16,922 nt of DNA from an uncultured bacterium (GCA_964549305.1 CAZJVM010000054.1:1-16922), one strand, 5' to 3'; counted from the stretch's first letter, positions 7,279 to 15,536 are shown. Program-made: numbers and translations. The notes: generated by a model from the letters alone, not told the origin.

Positions 7279-7734
7279 ATGAAAATGAAAAGAATCATCA
7301 TTTCGACATTTTTAGTATTTGCAGTTTGTTTTGCATTCAATTCCGACGCGGGACAGCAATCTTTCCGCTATAAAAAGAATAAACCATTTGCAGGCAAATT
7401 CAAAGGGAAGCTTGAGAGCAACTCAGTAACCTATACAATCAAATACAAAATATCACAGAAAGGCGATGCCCTGTCAGGTACAGTTGCGACAATCGCAAAT
7501 GGAGAAACCGTACTTTCACTTACTTTTACGGGTACCGTAAAATCAAACGGTAAAGTTGCCAATAACTTGCTGACAATGGATGGCGTTTCACCGTCATCAC
7601 AGGGATTGACTCCGAGTGACTATGTTATGGTCAAACTGCGCAAGAAGGGTAAAAAGGGACTGAAAATGATTTATACAAGCACTGAAGGTGGTTCAAAAGT
7701 AGGTAATTGGGTGAAATACAAAAGAACTAAATAA
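7279..7734 (+). CDS. Hypothetical secreted, Lys-rich beta-strand protein
   Basis: SD GGAGG (7268-7272) before ATG 7279; signal peptide MKMKRIIISTFLVFAVCFAFNSDA; followed by an intrinsic terminator. Confidence 0.75.
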   Translation: MKMKRIIISTFLVFAVCFAFNSDAGQQSFRYKKNKPFAGKFKGKLESNSVTYTIKYKISQKGDALSGTVATIANGETVLSLTFTGTVKSNGKVANNLLTMDGVSPSSQGLTPSDYVMVKLRKKGKKGLKMIYTSTEGGSKVGNWVKYKRTK

Positions 7735-7759
7735 GAGGAACAATTTATTTCGATATTAT

Positions 7760-7794
7760 AAACGGGGCAGTCAAATCGGCTGTCCCGTTTTTTT
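7760..7794 (+). terminator. Rho-independent terminator
   Basis: AACGGGGCAGTC-aaatc-GGCTGTCCCGTT stem (two G-U pairs) running into a T7 tract. Confidence 0.85.
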
Positions 7795-7819
7795 ATTGTC
7801 TGATATGAGAGCTGTTTTT

Positions 7820-7997
7820 GTCATCCCACGGGGGGTATCAACATCCCCGGTCATTGCCTGAACAATCCGGGCAATCCACAAACACGCAGTCATTGCCCGA
7901 CACCGATCGGGCAATCCAGTTTTTGTTTTTCTGGATCTCCCAGTCAAGCTGGAAGATGACGTAATGAGGTACTGGAAGATGACGTAATGATGAGGTA
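7820..7997. repeat. Cluster of GTCAT-hairpin-ATCCA palindromic repeats (CGTC-tagged REP-like), including an inverted dimer and a terminal tandem duplication
   Basis: Units at 7820-7839 (degenerate), 7850-7878, 7889-7919 (+) and 7931-7960 (-); CTGGAAGATGACGTAATGA(TGA)GGTA duplicated at 7949-7971 and 7972-7997. Confidence 0.75.
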
Positions 7998-8057
7998 AAT
8001 GCCTATTTATTTAGATATGCCCAATATCAATTAATTCTTTAATAAATATGCCATAAC

Positions 8058-9128
8058 CTATTGAATAGACGCGTCCTTTTTCTTTTGTTTATACTGGTCT
8101 ATTGAGGCAACCGGGGTAGGGTTTACCTTCCTTAGAATTGCAAGATAATAGCTCATCCAATCGCCGAGATAGCACTGCGTCATGAGGCAGGAAAGACGAG
8201 ATTCGCCTTTTCCGCAGATATTGATTACTTCGTGACCAAAGCTTCTGAATATGTCAAGAGCCACATCTATTGATCGTTTCAGCATAGGGCTTTCTTCCGT
8301 TGAGCGAAGGGCGAAAACTACGATATTTTTCCCTTTTTTTGCGGGGTCATCCACAAGCCCGATTATTTCATTGTGGCACAATTCCGGAAATGTGTTGAAA
8401 TAAACATTAATTTTTGCATTTTCGTTAAACTGGGTTTTCCATCTTGTAGCCGATGCTGAAGTAAACTTTTTTGACCCAAAAACATAAATATCCGCATCCT
8501 TGATTTTCAGGGCGAATTTTTTTGCGTTATTTTCCTGAAGAGGTGAAGAAAGAGTATAGAGGTTTTTAAATATCTTTAACTGCTCGATTGTTTCCCTTAT
8601 CTGACTTTCCTGAATTGTTCTCGGAAAAAGGTGTCTGAATATTTTTAACAGAGGATCAAGAAGGTTTCCAAGGGCGGTCCTTGGCATAAGACTATCATTC
8701 ACTTTAATAAAAGGTATTCCAGATTGTTCGGACTTCATCATCATTTCTCCGCCGTTTGACAGAGTCACTATTTTTGCCTTTCTTTTCGCGCATCCTTCCA
8801 TTAACGAAAGAGTTTCTTCCGTATTTCCCGAATAGCTGATAATTATCGCTAAAGTGGAAGAATCAACGAAAGAGGGTAGATGATAATCTTTGACAACAAC
8901 GATAGGAACTTTGATAATGTCCGAAAAGAGCGTGTCTATGACATCACCGCATATTCCCGAACCTCCCATTCCGCCTATGATTATCTTTCTCACATTTGCG
9001 TATTCGGAAGGAAGCGATATATTCGAATCCAAAGTAAAATTGTCAGGCAGATTGTCTAATTCGTGGTACATTTCACTCTTGTCCACTGCGAGAATATCTT
9101 TTATATTGTTCAGCTTTACTTCATTCAT
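8058..9128 (-). CDS. Bifunctional phosphoglucose/phosphomannose isomerase (SIS domain, PGI/PMI family)
   Basis: GMGGSGI-x-G, SYSGNTEET, PRTAL, RWKTQFNENAK, FPELCHNEI and P-x-PV-x-x-ID-x-YK motifs. Start reassigned to ATG 9128 (SD GGGAG); the track's TTG at 9200 coincides with the -35 box. Confidence 0.93.
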   Translation of the reverse strand: MNEVKLNNIKDILAVDKSEMYHELDNLPDNFTLDSNISLPSEYANVRKIIIGGMGGSGICGDVIDTLFSDIIKVPIVVVKDYHLPSFVDSSTLAIIISYSGNTEETLSLMEGCAKRKAKIVTLSNGGEMMMKSEQSGIPFIKVNDSLMPRTALGNLLDPLLKIFRHLFPRTIQESQIRETIEQLKIFKNLYTLSSPLQENNAKKFALKIKDADIYVFGSKKFTSASATRWKTQFNENAKINVYFNTFPELCHNEIIGLVDDPAKKGKNIVVFALRSTEESPMLKRSIDVALDIFRSFGHEVINICGKGESRLSCLMTQCYLGDWMSYYLAILRKVNPTPVASIDQYKQKKKDASIQ

Positions 9129-9171
9129 CTCATATCTCCCTGATAAAGGATTTACTTCTGTGGCAATCATT

Positions 9172-9200
9172 ATGATAACAGCGCGCCTTTTACTCGTCAA
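9172..9200 (-). promoter_or_regulatory. Sigma70 promoter of the PGI/PMI gene
   Basis: TTGACG (9200-9195), 17-nt spacer, TATCAT (9177-9172), with an extended -10 TG. Confidence 0.75.
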
Positions 9201-9230
9201 GAATTGAGATGCGCAGATAGAAGATAATAA

Positions 9231-9258
9231 TAAAATGTGGATAAAATTTTACATTTTA
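9231..9258. promoter_or_regulatory. Palindromic candidate operator in the divergent intergenic region
   Basis: TAAAATGT-N12-ACATTTTA, a perfect 8-bp inverted repeat (TGT-N12-ACA core), in AT-rich context. Confidence 0.4.
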
Positions 9259-9332
9259 AAAAATAAAATGATGGAAATTCAGGATTAAAATTATTAATAG
9301 AAAAATTGAAAATAACTAAGGAGGTATTTGAT

Positions 9333-10214
9333 ATGAAATGGGCAGAAGACGCACAGGAAGCAATCAATGTAATACCGGTACCGGAAATCATCAAGGATAT
9401 GACCACTCTCTATGCTGAAAAAATTGCGCGGGCAGACGGTGCAGATACTGTTACAATGGACCATATGAACAGGACTCGCGATGATTATTTCGAAATGCTC
9501 GGTGATTCCTACAAGGAAAGAATCAGTTGCGCGAGATGTGACGGCAAATCAGATGATGACGTTGACCCGGAAATAGAACTTAACAAAGGACCCTCGCTTT
9601 TCAGAGTCGAACTTTGCCATCAGCGATTTTTCGGTTGTCCGCGCCAGATCTTGGATGTGAAGGAAGCAGGCAAAAAAGTAAAAGAAAAACTGGAGGAAAT
9701 TAAACTAACCGAAATGCTTGCTGACAAAACAACGGAACCTTTTATGCCCCATAATTTTTTCACCGTGTCAATTTCTTCCTGTCCTAATAACTGCTCTTCC
9801 GCGGAGACAAAGGATTTTGGTTTTTACGGCGTTATCGAACCCGAAATCGATCACGACAAATGCAATCAGTGCGGAAAGTGCGTTGAAGTATGCCCCGATG
9901 ACGCGCTTCTTATGAAACACGGAAAACTAAGACTAAACACTCGTGCCTGCGTAATATGCGGTGCCTGTGTCCAGGCGTGTCCTGTTGACGCAATTAAAAA
10001 CAAAAAGCAGGGTGTAAGGACTCTGGTGGGAGGAAGATTCGGCAGATGGCATACAGACGCGAAGGAGCTTTTCAAGAACGAACCTTTTGAAACTGCGATG
10101 AAAGCACTCGAGGCATCTGTTGATATGATTAAAAACGAGGCAGGTGAGCACGAGCACCTCTATCATCTCGTCAACCGACTTGGATTGAAACCCATCTACG
10201 AGAAAATAGTCTAA
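9333..10214 (+). CDS. Fe-S protein: N-terminal PCP_red-like (BchB C-terminal) domain + nitrite/sulfite-reductase 4Fe-4S domain with an inserted 2x[4Fe-4S] ferredoxin
   Basis: MKWAEDAQEAINVIP...AEKIARADGADTVTMDHM resembles PCP_red. C-HQRFFG-CP and SSCPNNCS...DFG resemble NIR_SIR ligands. Ferredoxin motifs CNQCGKCVEVCP and CVICGACVQACP; GGRFGR. SD AAGGAGGT before ATG 9333. Confidence 0.8.
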   Translation: MKWAEDAQEAINVIPVPEIIKDMTTLYAEKIARADGADTVTMDHMNRTRDDYFEMLGDSYKERISCARCDGKSDDDVDPEIELNKGPSLFRVELCHQRFFGCPRQILDVKEAGKKVKEKLEEIKLTEMLADKTTEPFMPHNFFTVSISSCPNNCSSAETKDFGFYGVIEPEIDHDKCNQCGKCVEVCPDDALLMKHGKLRLNTRACVICGACVQACPVDAIKNKKQGVRTLVGGRFGRWHTDAKELFKNEPFETAMKALEASVDMIKNEAGEHEHLYHLVNRLGLKPIYEKIV

Positions 10215-10223
10215 AAAATATTT

Positions 10224-10254
10224 AGCAGGGAAGGTCTCTGTACCTGCTTTTTTT
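10224..10254 (+). terminator. Probable intrinsic terminator between convergent genes
   Basis: AGCAGG...CCTGCT stem followed by a T run. Confidence 0.55.
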
Positions 10255-10293
10255 ATGATTTCAGATGGAATCAAACAGTAAGAAGAGAGTTGC

Positions 10294-11925
10294 TTAGCTG
10301 ACTCTCTTTCTTTTTTTGTCAACATAGTCAACGAGAATATAATGACCCAGGTCCGCAGGTGTAGTGTAGAAAGCCCGTCCCTTGTTAATCTTTGTCATCT
10401 TCTGGATAAATGATTTCAGCGACGGTGTGCTGTCGAGCATAAAAGTGTTGATTGTCAGTTCTTTCCTCGTGCATCTGTGTACTTCCCTCATCGTTTCCTT
10501 GCATGCCCGGGGAGATACACCGCCGAATCCGATAGGCCATTCAAACTGAAGTTGATTGCGGTAAAAATATGCCGTTGGCTGTCCGTCTGTTATGAGGATT
10601 ATCTGCTGGTTTTTAGACCTGTGTTTTGATGCGAGGTCTGAGGCGAGGCGAAGTCCGTCCTGAAGGTTTGTGAAGGCGTTGCCTATGTCCTTGCTTCCGT
10701 CAACAAGCATCAGATGGGCAAGCTCTTTCTTCGTTATGAGGCGTGCCCGCGAAGCAAATCCCACTATATAAAAATCATCCTTTGGAAACTTCGTGCTTAT
10801 GAGGTGGTCAAGAGCTATTGCCACGCGCTTAGCGCTTGAAAATCTCCCACCCCATGCCATCGAGAAGCTCATATCTATGAGCATTATGGTTGTCGAATGT
10901 GCCGAATAATCGATATCGAAAATTTCAAAATCCGATGCATTGAGTTTGACGGATTTTCCCATATTTCCCCTTTTGAGGGAATTCATCAGGGTAGCGCCGA
11001 TATTTATATTGAAAGGGTCGCCAAACTGATATTTCTTTATCACATCGGGTTTGACGGTGCCAACTCCCGAGTGATTCGTTTCGTGCGCGCCAAACTGATC
11101 CTTCTTCATCTTGGCATAAATACTTTGCAGAGCGTTGTGTCCGATTCTCCTTATTCCCTTCGCGGTTATATCAATGCTGTTGCCTTCGGTATTGAGGTAT
11201 CCCGCATTTTCAAGGCGGTTGACGGTTGTCTGCAGATATTCGAGTATTTTCGCCATATCAGGGTCCAAAAAGAAATTTACGTCTTCTATATTTACCTGAA
11301 GGAAATTTCCGTGAAGTATATCTTTCTGCAATTTGTCGAGGCGGTTAAATTCCTTCATCAGCTCAACTGCCTGCTCGAAATTGAGAGGCGTTTCACCGTT
11401 GAATTTACTGCCGTACTCATCGAGAAAACTTTCAAGGTCCCGAAGGTCTTCAAGTTTTGTAAGGAGCTTGTCAAATTGATTTTTTGCCTTGGTGCTTACA
11501 AAATCGTGATATTTAAGAGCGTCTATTTTTTTGCTTAATTTCTCAGGAAGATTTCTGAGCCAAAACTCCTTCTCGGCAAGCTTTCTTTTCGCATCAGGTG
11601 AACCCTTCAGCTGTTTTTCTGTTTCCCTGAGTTCTTCTTCCAATATTTCGTCTATTTCCTCTTTAATGTCATCGAGGGCATAGTCCATATTGAAACGGTC
11701 AAAATATTCTTTTTTGAGGTTTTTAAGGTAATCGAGGTATTGATTCATCGACATCAGCTGAATACCCGGATTCTGTTTCAGGTATTCCATTATTAGCCAC
11801 TGAAGCGCGGAATTGATATCGCCTTCCTGCAGGAAAAACTCCGAAAGTTTGTCGAAGAGTTCATCATCATCCAAATCGAGCTTTGCCTGCGTGCCGTCCC
11901 ATTCGGAATAATGGTATTTTTTCAT
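10294..11925 (-). CDS. vWA domain-containing protein (Rv0959-like partner of the AAA+ ATPase)
   Basis: N-terminal Y-x-YSEWDGTQ, helical middle region, MIDAS motif DMSFSM...TNLQ...ITDGQPTA, C-terminal NKGRAFY...LG-x-YILVDY; ATGA-coupled to the upstream ATPase. Confidence 0.9.
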   Translation of the reverse strand: MKKYHYSEWDGTQAKLDLDDDELFDKLSEFFLQEGDINSALQWLIMEYLKQNPGIQLMSMNQYLDYLKNLKKEYFDRFNMDYALDDIKEEIDEILEEELRETEKQLKGSPDAKRKLAEKEFWLRNLPEKLSKKIDALKYHDFVSTKAKNQFDKLLTKLEDLRDLESFLDEYGSKFNGETPLNFEQAVELMKEFNRLDKLQKDILHGNFLQVNIEDVNFFLDPDMAKILEYLQTTVNRLENAGYLNTEGNSIDITAKGIRRIGHNALQSIYAKMKKDQFGAHETNHSGVGTVKPDVIKKYQFGDPFNINIGATLMNSLKRGNMGKSVKLNASDFEIFDIDYSAHSTTIMLIDMSFSMAWGGRFSSAKRVAIALDHLISTKFPKDDFYIVGFASRARLITKKELAHLMLVDGSKDIGNAFTNLQDGLRLASDLASKHRSKNQQIILITDGQPTAYFYRNQLQFEWPIGFGGVSPRACKETMREVHRCTRKELTINTFMLDSTPSLKSFIQKMTKINKGRAFYTTPADLGHYILVDYVDKKRKRVS

Positions 11926-13316
11926 CTGTAGACAATCCTGTTATCTGCTTCGTTTTTGTTTAGCTTGTTGTAGAGATGAAGGCCTTCAAAAATAAACTCT
12001 ATTGCAGATGCGATTTGGGCATTGCTCTTTGACCCGTTGAGTAGTTTCGATACATTTTTTTTGAGCCCTTTTATTTCCTCAAGGCAGTCCATATATTCGC
12101 CTGAAGGCATTACATCGGAAACTTCGGCAACCCAACCGTTTTTAAAGCTTTCAACAACCGATTCAAGGGTATCAGGCGTAAAATATCTTTCAAAAACCGT
12201 TTTTACGGCTTTTGAAATAATTTTGTTTATCATCTCGGAATCTTTTTTGTCTTCCCCCGTATATTCGAATTCTATCTTTCCGTTTGTGGAAGCGAATAGG
12301 GAGTGAAAATCACTCAACCTTGGTACTGTCTCTTTTTCGCCGTTAACTATGGCGCGCTTTTCGGCATTGCTCATCAGGTTTTCATAATTCGCGATAGTCA
12401 TTCTCACGCTTACCCCCGACCTTTGATTTACGTCGGGGTTTTTCCGCGCGCCCATAGTGATTTCAGCGATTATTTCCTTTATAAACTCAGGCGGATTTTC
12501 CGCGGGACGGTCTGAGAAAGATTCTTTTTCCTGTTCCATTATGGCGATTTCATCTTTGATAGATTCCGGATAATGCGTTCTTATCTGCGATTCGAAACGG
12601 TCTTTCAGAGGGGTTATGATTCTTCCCCGATTGGTATAATCTTCCGGGTTTGCGCTTGCCACGACGAAGATATCGAGAGGAAGATTGACCTTGTAACCCT
12701 TTATCTGCACATCTCCTTCTTCCATAATGTTGAAGAGACCCACCTGAACTTTTTCCTGTAAATCGGGAAGTTCGTTTATGGCAAATATTCCCCTGTTTGA
12801 TCGCGGTATTAGTCCAAAGTGTATAGTAAGCTCGTCGGCAAGGTATCTGCCCTCGGCAACTTTGATGGGATCAATTTCACCGATAATGTCCGCAATGGAA
12901 ACATCGGGGGTAGCAAGCTTTTCGGCATATCTGTTTTCTCTCGGAATCCATTCGATTTCCACACTGTCACCGTCTTTTTCTGTTTTCTCTCTGCATGCGC
13001 GGCAAATTGGAGTGAGCGGGTCATCGCATATTTCGCATCCTTTTATTGTGGGGATAAAGGGGTCGAGAAGATTTATAAGCGACCGGATTATTCTTGTTTT
13101 CGCCTGACCTCTTTCTCCCAGAAAAATTATATGGTGTCCCGCGAGAATAGCGTTTTCAATCTGTGGAATGACGGTATTGTCATAGCCGATGATTCCCGGA
13201 AATATATTCTCCTTCGTTTTTAATTTTTCTATTATGTTGTTTCTCAGTTCAACCTGAATAGGCTTTGAAGTGTATCCGCTTTCCTTCAGTTCTTTGATGT
13301 TTTTGGCTTTGTTCAT
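11922..13316 (-). CDS. AAA+ ATPase, ChlI/MoxR-related (Rv0958-like, often annotated as magnesium chelatase)
   Basis: Walker A GERGQAKT, EKLATPD, IGEIDPIKVAEG, variant Walker B FAINELPDL, and SANPEDYTNRGRIITPLKDRF; ATG 13316 preferred over TTG 13325 by SD (GGAG) spacing. Confidence 0.92.
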   Translation of the reverse strand: MNKAKNIKELKESGYTSKPIQVELRNNIIEKLKTKENIFPGIIGYDNTVIPQIENAILAGHHIIFLGERGQAKTRIIRSLINLLDPFIPTIKGCEICDDPLTPICRACREKTEKDGDSVEIEWIPRENRYAEKLATPDVSIADIIGEIDPIKVAEGRYLADELTIHFGLIPRSNRGIFAINELPDLQEKVQVGLFNIMEEGDVQIKGYKVNLPLDIFVVASANPEDYTNRGRIITPLKDRFESQIRTHYPESIKDEIAIMEQEKESFSDRPAENPPEFIKEIIAEITMGARKNPDVNQRSGVSVRMTIANYENLMSNAEKRAIVNGEKETVPRLSDFHSLFASTNGKIEFEYTGEDKKDSEMINKIISKAVKTVFERYFTPDTLESVVESFKNGWVAEVSDVMPSGEYMDCLEEIKGLKKNVSKLLNGSKSNAQIASAIEFIFEGLHLYNKLNKNEADNRIVYR

Positions 13317-13423
13317 AACCGGCAATTCTCCAAGAATATTGGTTTAGAGGAAAGGCGTTTGTACCCTCCCGACAGCTTTTACAATGCTGGCATCACTAAA
13401 ATTACGATTCAATTGCTGTTTTA

Positions 13424-13452
13424 ATTCTTATTTTTTATTAAAACTTTGTCAA
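13424..13452 (-). promoter_or_regulatory. Possible sigma70 promoter of the AAA+/vWA operon
   Basis: TTGACA (13452-13447), 17-nt spacer, AAGAAT (13429-13424). Confidence 0.4.
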
Positions 13453-13491
13453 ACTTAAAAGAAAGCTAATTAAAATCTTTTGTGCCGGCGG

Positions 13492-14088
13492 TTAAACCCT
13501 CGTTATCTTCCACGAGTTATCAGAGTAACAGAAGCATTTCACAATGAGAGCGATGGCACAAATGAAATAAACGCAGTAATTGAGGAGTGGTGCAATAATA
13601 TTAATGATATAAGATTCAGGGAATACTTCAGTCAATAAAAGCGCGCCTAAAAGAATAGTTACGGAAAAGGGAACACTCCTTCCCGAGTAGTAAAGAAGCC
13701 TGTGAGACTTTAATATTTTAAGGGGTGTAAAATCGAAAATGAATAAAAGAAAAATCACGACAAATATCACAGGCAGGATGTAGTGGGTTTTTCCGGTGAT
13801 GCTAAAATAGAAAATAAGTGAAAATCTGTAGAAGAAGTCCGCGAGAATGTCCAACTGCTTTCCTGTTTCAGATTCGATTTCAAGTTTTCTTGCCACGACA
13901 CCGTCAACAATGTCACTTGATACAATCAGTAAAAAAATCATCAATATGAAAAAGCCGTGAAGTGAAACCTCCTTTGCGGAAGCGTTCACGTGGAAAAGAG
14001 TAAGGAGGATAAGAAGGGGTGGAGTTAAAACAAACCTCAATACCGATATGAGATTCGGTAGATTCAGTTGTATTTTGGTGAAGGGAAT
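13492..14088 (-). CDS. CDP-alcohol phosphatidyltransferase family membrane protein (PgsA-like)
   Basis: DIVDGVVARK...GKQLDILAD signature and several hydrophobic helices. The conserved N-terminus NLPNLISVLR lies upstream of the track's TTG (14040); the best start is ATT 14088 behind SD AGAGGA. Confidence 0.85.
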   Translation of the reverse strand: MPFTKIQLNLPNLISVLRFVLTPPLLILLTLFHVNASAKEVSLHGFFILMIFLLIVSSDIVDGVVARKLEIESETGKQLDILADFFYRFSLIFYFSITGKTHYILPVIFVVIFLLFIFDFTPLKILKSHRLLYYSGRSVPFSVTILLGALLLTEVFPESYIINIIAPLLNYCVYFICAIALIVKCFCYSDNSWKITRV

Positions 14089-14111
14089 AGGTGTTCCTCT
14101 GAGCGTTTAAA

Positions 14112-15536
14112 TCAATGTAAAATACTAATCATTTTTATGTCGGTCATTTCTTCCACTGCAAACTTAGGTCCTTCCCGTCCGATTCCGCTCGCGCGCACAC
14201 CACCGTATGGCATATGGTCGACACGGAATGTGGGAATGTCGTTTATCATAAGACTTCCTACCTTGTATTCCCTGATTGCCTGAATCGCCCGCCCGATGCT
14301 ATTTGTATAAACACCTCCGTTAAGCCCGTAGATTGAGTCATTTGCAAGTGAAAGACCTTCATCAAAATTTCCGAATGGCATAACAGAGACGACTGGGGCA
14401 AATATCTCATCTTTTACGACCTTCATATCCGAAGCGGTATCTGAAAGCACCGTTGCCGGTATCACTGATTTTTTTCTTCTTCCTCCGCTGACCAAATTCG
14501 CTCCGCATTTTTGCGCTTCAGAAATCCATTCTTCAACGCGCGCCGCTTCCTTTTCTTCAATCAGAGGTCCGTAAAGCACCTTTTTGTCAAGAGGATTGCC
14601 AACCTTGATTTTTCTCACCGCATTTTTCAAATCAGCGATAAATTTTTTGTAAAGTGATTTGTGGACATAGATTCTCTGTACGGAAATGCAGGTTTGTCCC
14701 GAATTGTAATAGGCGCCTATGATTATTCGGGGTATCGCTTTTTTGTAGTCAATTCCCTCGTCAATGACTACCGCGGAATTTGACCCAAGCTCGAGAGTCA
14801 CGAATTTAAGCCCCGATTTTTCCTTTATCCCTTTGCCAACTGCCATACTTCCGGTGAAGGTAATCATTGAAATTCGTTCATCTGTTACAAGGGGATTTCC
14901 CACATTACCTCCGCTTCCCGTTACTACATTCAGCACTCCCGCGGGAAGCCCCGCTTTCAGCATTATTTCGCCGAGTTTTAACGCCGTAAGGGGAGTTGTT
15001 GAAGCTGGTTTCAGCACAACACAGTTTCCCGCGGCAATTGCGGGACCTACCTTGTGAGCAACGAGGTTAAGGGGGAAATTAAAGGGCGATATTGCGGCAA
15101 TTACGCCTTTTGGCACGCGCATATAAAATCCGAGGCGGTTTTCTCCCGCAGGAGACGCATCCATGGGAATGACTTCGCCGTGAATTCTTTTCGCTTCTTC
15201 TGCGGAAAATTTGAAAGTGTCGATTGACCTTGCGACTTCCGCACGGGAGTAAGTGATTGCCTTGCCCGATTCAAGTGAAATGGTCTTCGCAATGTCTTCC
15301 GCGTTTTTTGAAATGAGTTCCGCCGTTTTTTCAAGTATTGATGCCCTCTGATGGGCGGGCATATTTTTAAATGTCCTGAACGCCTTTTCCGCCGTTGCTA
15401 TAGCGCGTGAAACATCCTTGCTGTCGCCTGAAGGCACTGAAGCAAGATGTTTTCCGTTATAGGGATTTGTGACGGGGAAAGTCTCTTTTTTGGAAATCCA
15501 TTTATTGCCTATCAGCATTTTATTTTTGAATGACAT
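14112..15536 (-). CDS. NAD(P)-dependent aldehyde dehydrogenase family protein
   Basis: PFNFPLNL, LKPASTTP, FTGS, catalytic LELGS and GQTCIS, EIFAPV, MPYGG-x-x-x-SGIGREG; SD GGAGGT. Confidence 0.95.
   Translation of the reverse strand: MSFKNKMLIGNKWISKKETFPVTNPYNGKHLASVPSGDSKDVSRAIATAEKAFRTFKNMPAHQRASILEKTAELISKNAEDIAKTISLESGKAITYSRAEVARSIDTFKFSAEEAKRIHGEVIPMDASPAGENRLGFYMRVPKGVIAAISPFNFPLNLVAHKVGPAIAAGNCVVLKPASTTPLTALKLGEIMLKAGLPAGVLNVVTGSGGNVGNPLVTDERISMITFTGSMAVGKGIKEKSGLKFVTLELGSNSAVVIDEGIDYKKAIPRIIIGAYYNSGQTCISVQRIYVHKSLYKKFIADLKNAVRKIKVGNPLDKKVLYGPLIEEKEAARVEEWISEAQKCGANLVSGGRRKKSVIPATVLSDTASDMKVVKDEIFAPVVSVMPFGNFDEGLSLANDSIYGLNGGVYTNSIGRAIQAIREYKVGSLMINDIPTFRVDHMPYGGVRASGIGREGPKFAVEEMTDIKMISILH

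Noticed and set aside
7820-7997. Possible CRISPR array
   Set aside because: Units differ in sequence and orientation, spacing is irregular and short, and no cas genes are present.
9129-9200. 24-aa N-terminal extension of PGI/PMI given by the ORF track
   Set aside because: Its TTG start is the -35 hexamer of the gene's own promoter; the SD supports ATG 9128.
10294-13316. True magnesium chelatase or photosynthesis genes (ChlI/ChlD), given the nearby PCP_red domain
   Set aside because: Motifs fit the Rv0958/Rv0959-like family, and no chlH/bch genes are present.
8890-15334. Remaining short overlapping ORFs (e.g. 8890-9207, 9197-9406, 9933-10331, 10897-11538, 12022-13223, 14068-14283, 14764-15057, 15101-15334)
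   Set aside because: Opposite-strand or off-frame shadows of confident CDSs.
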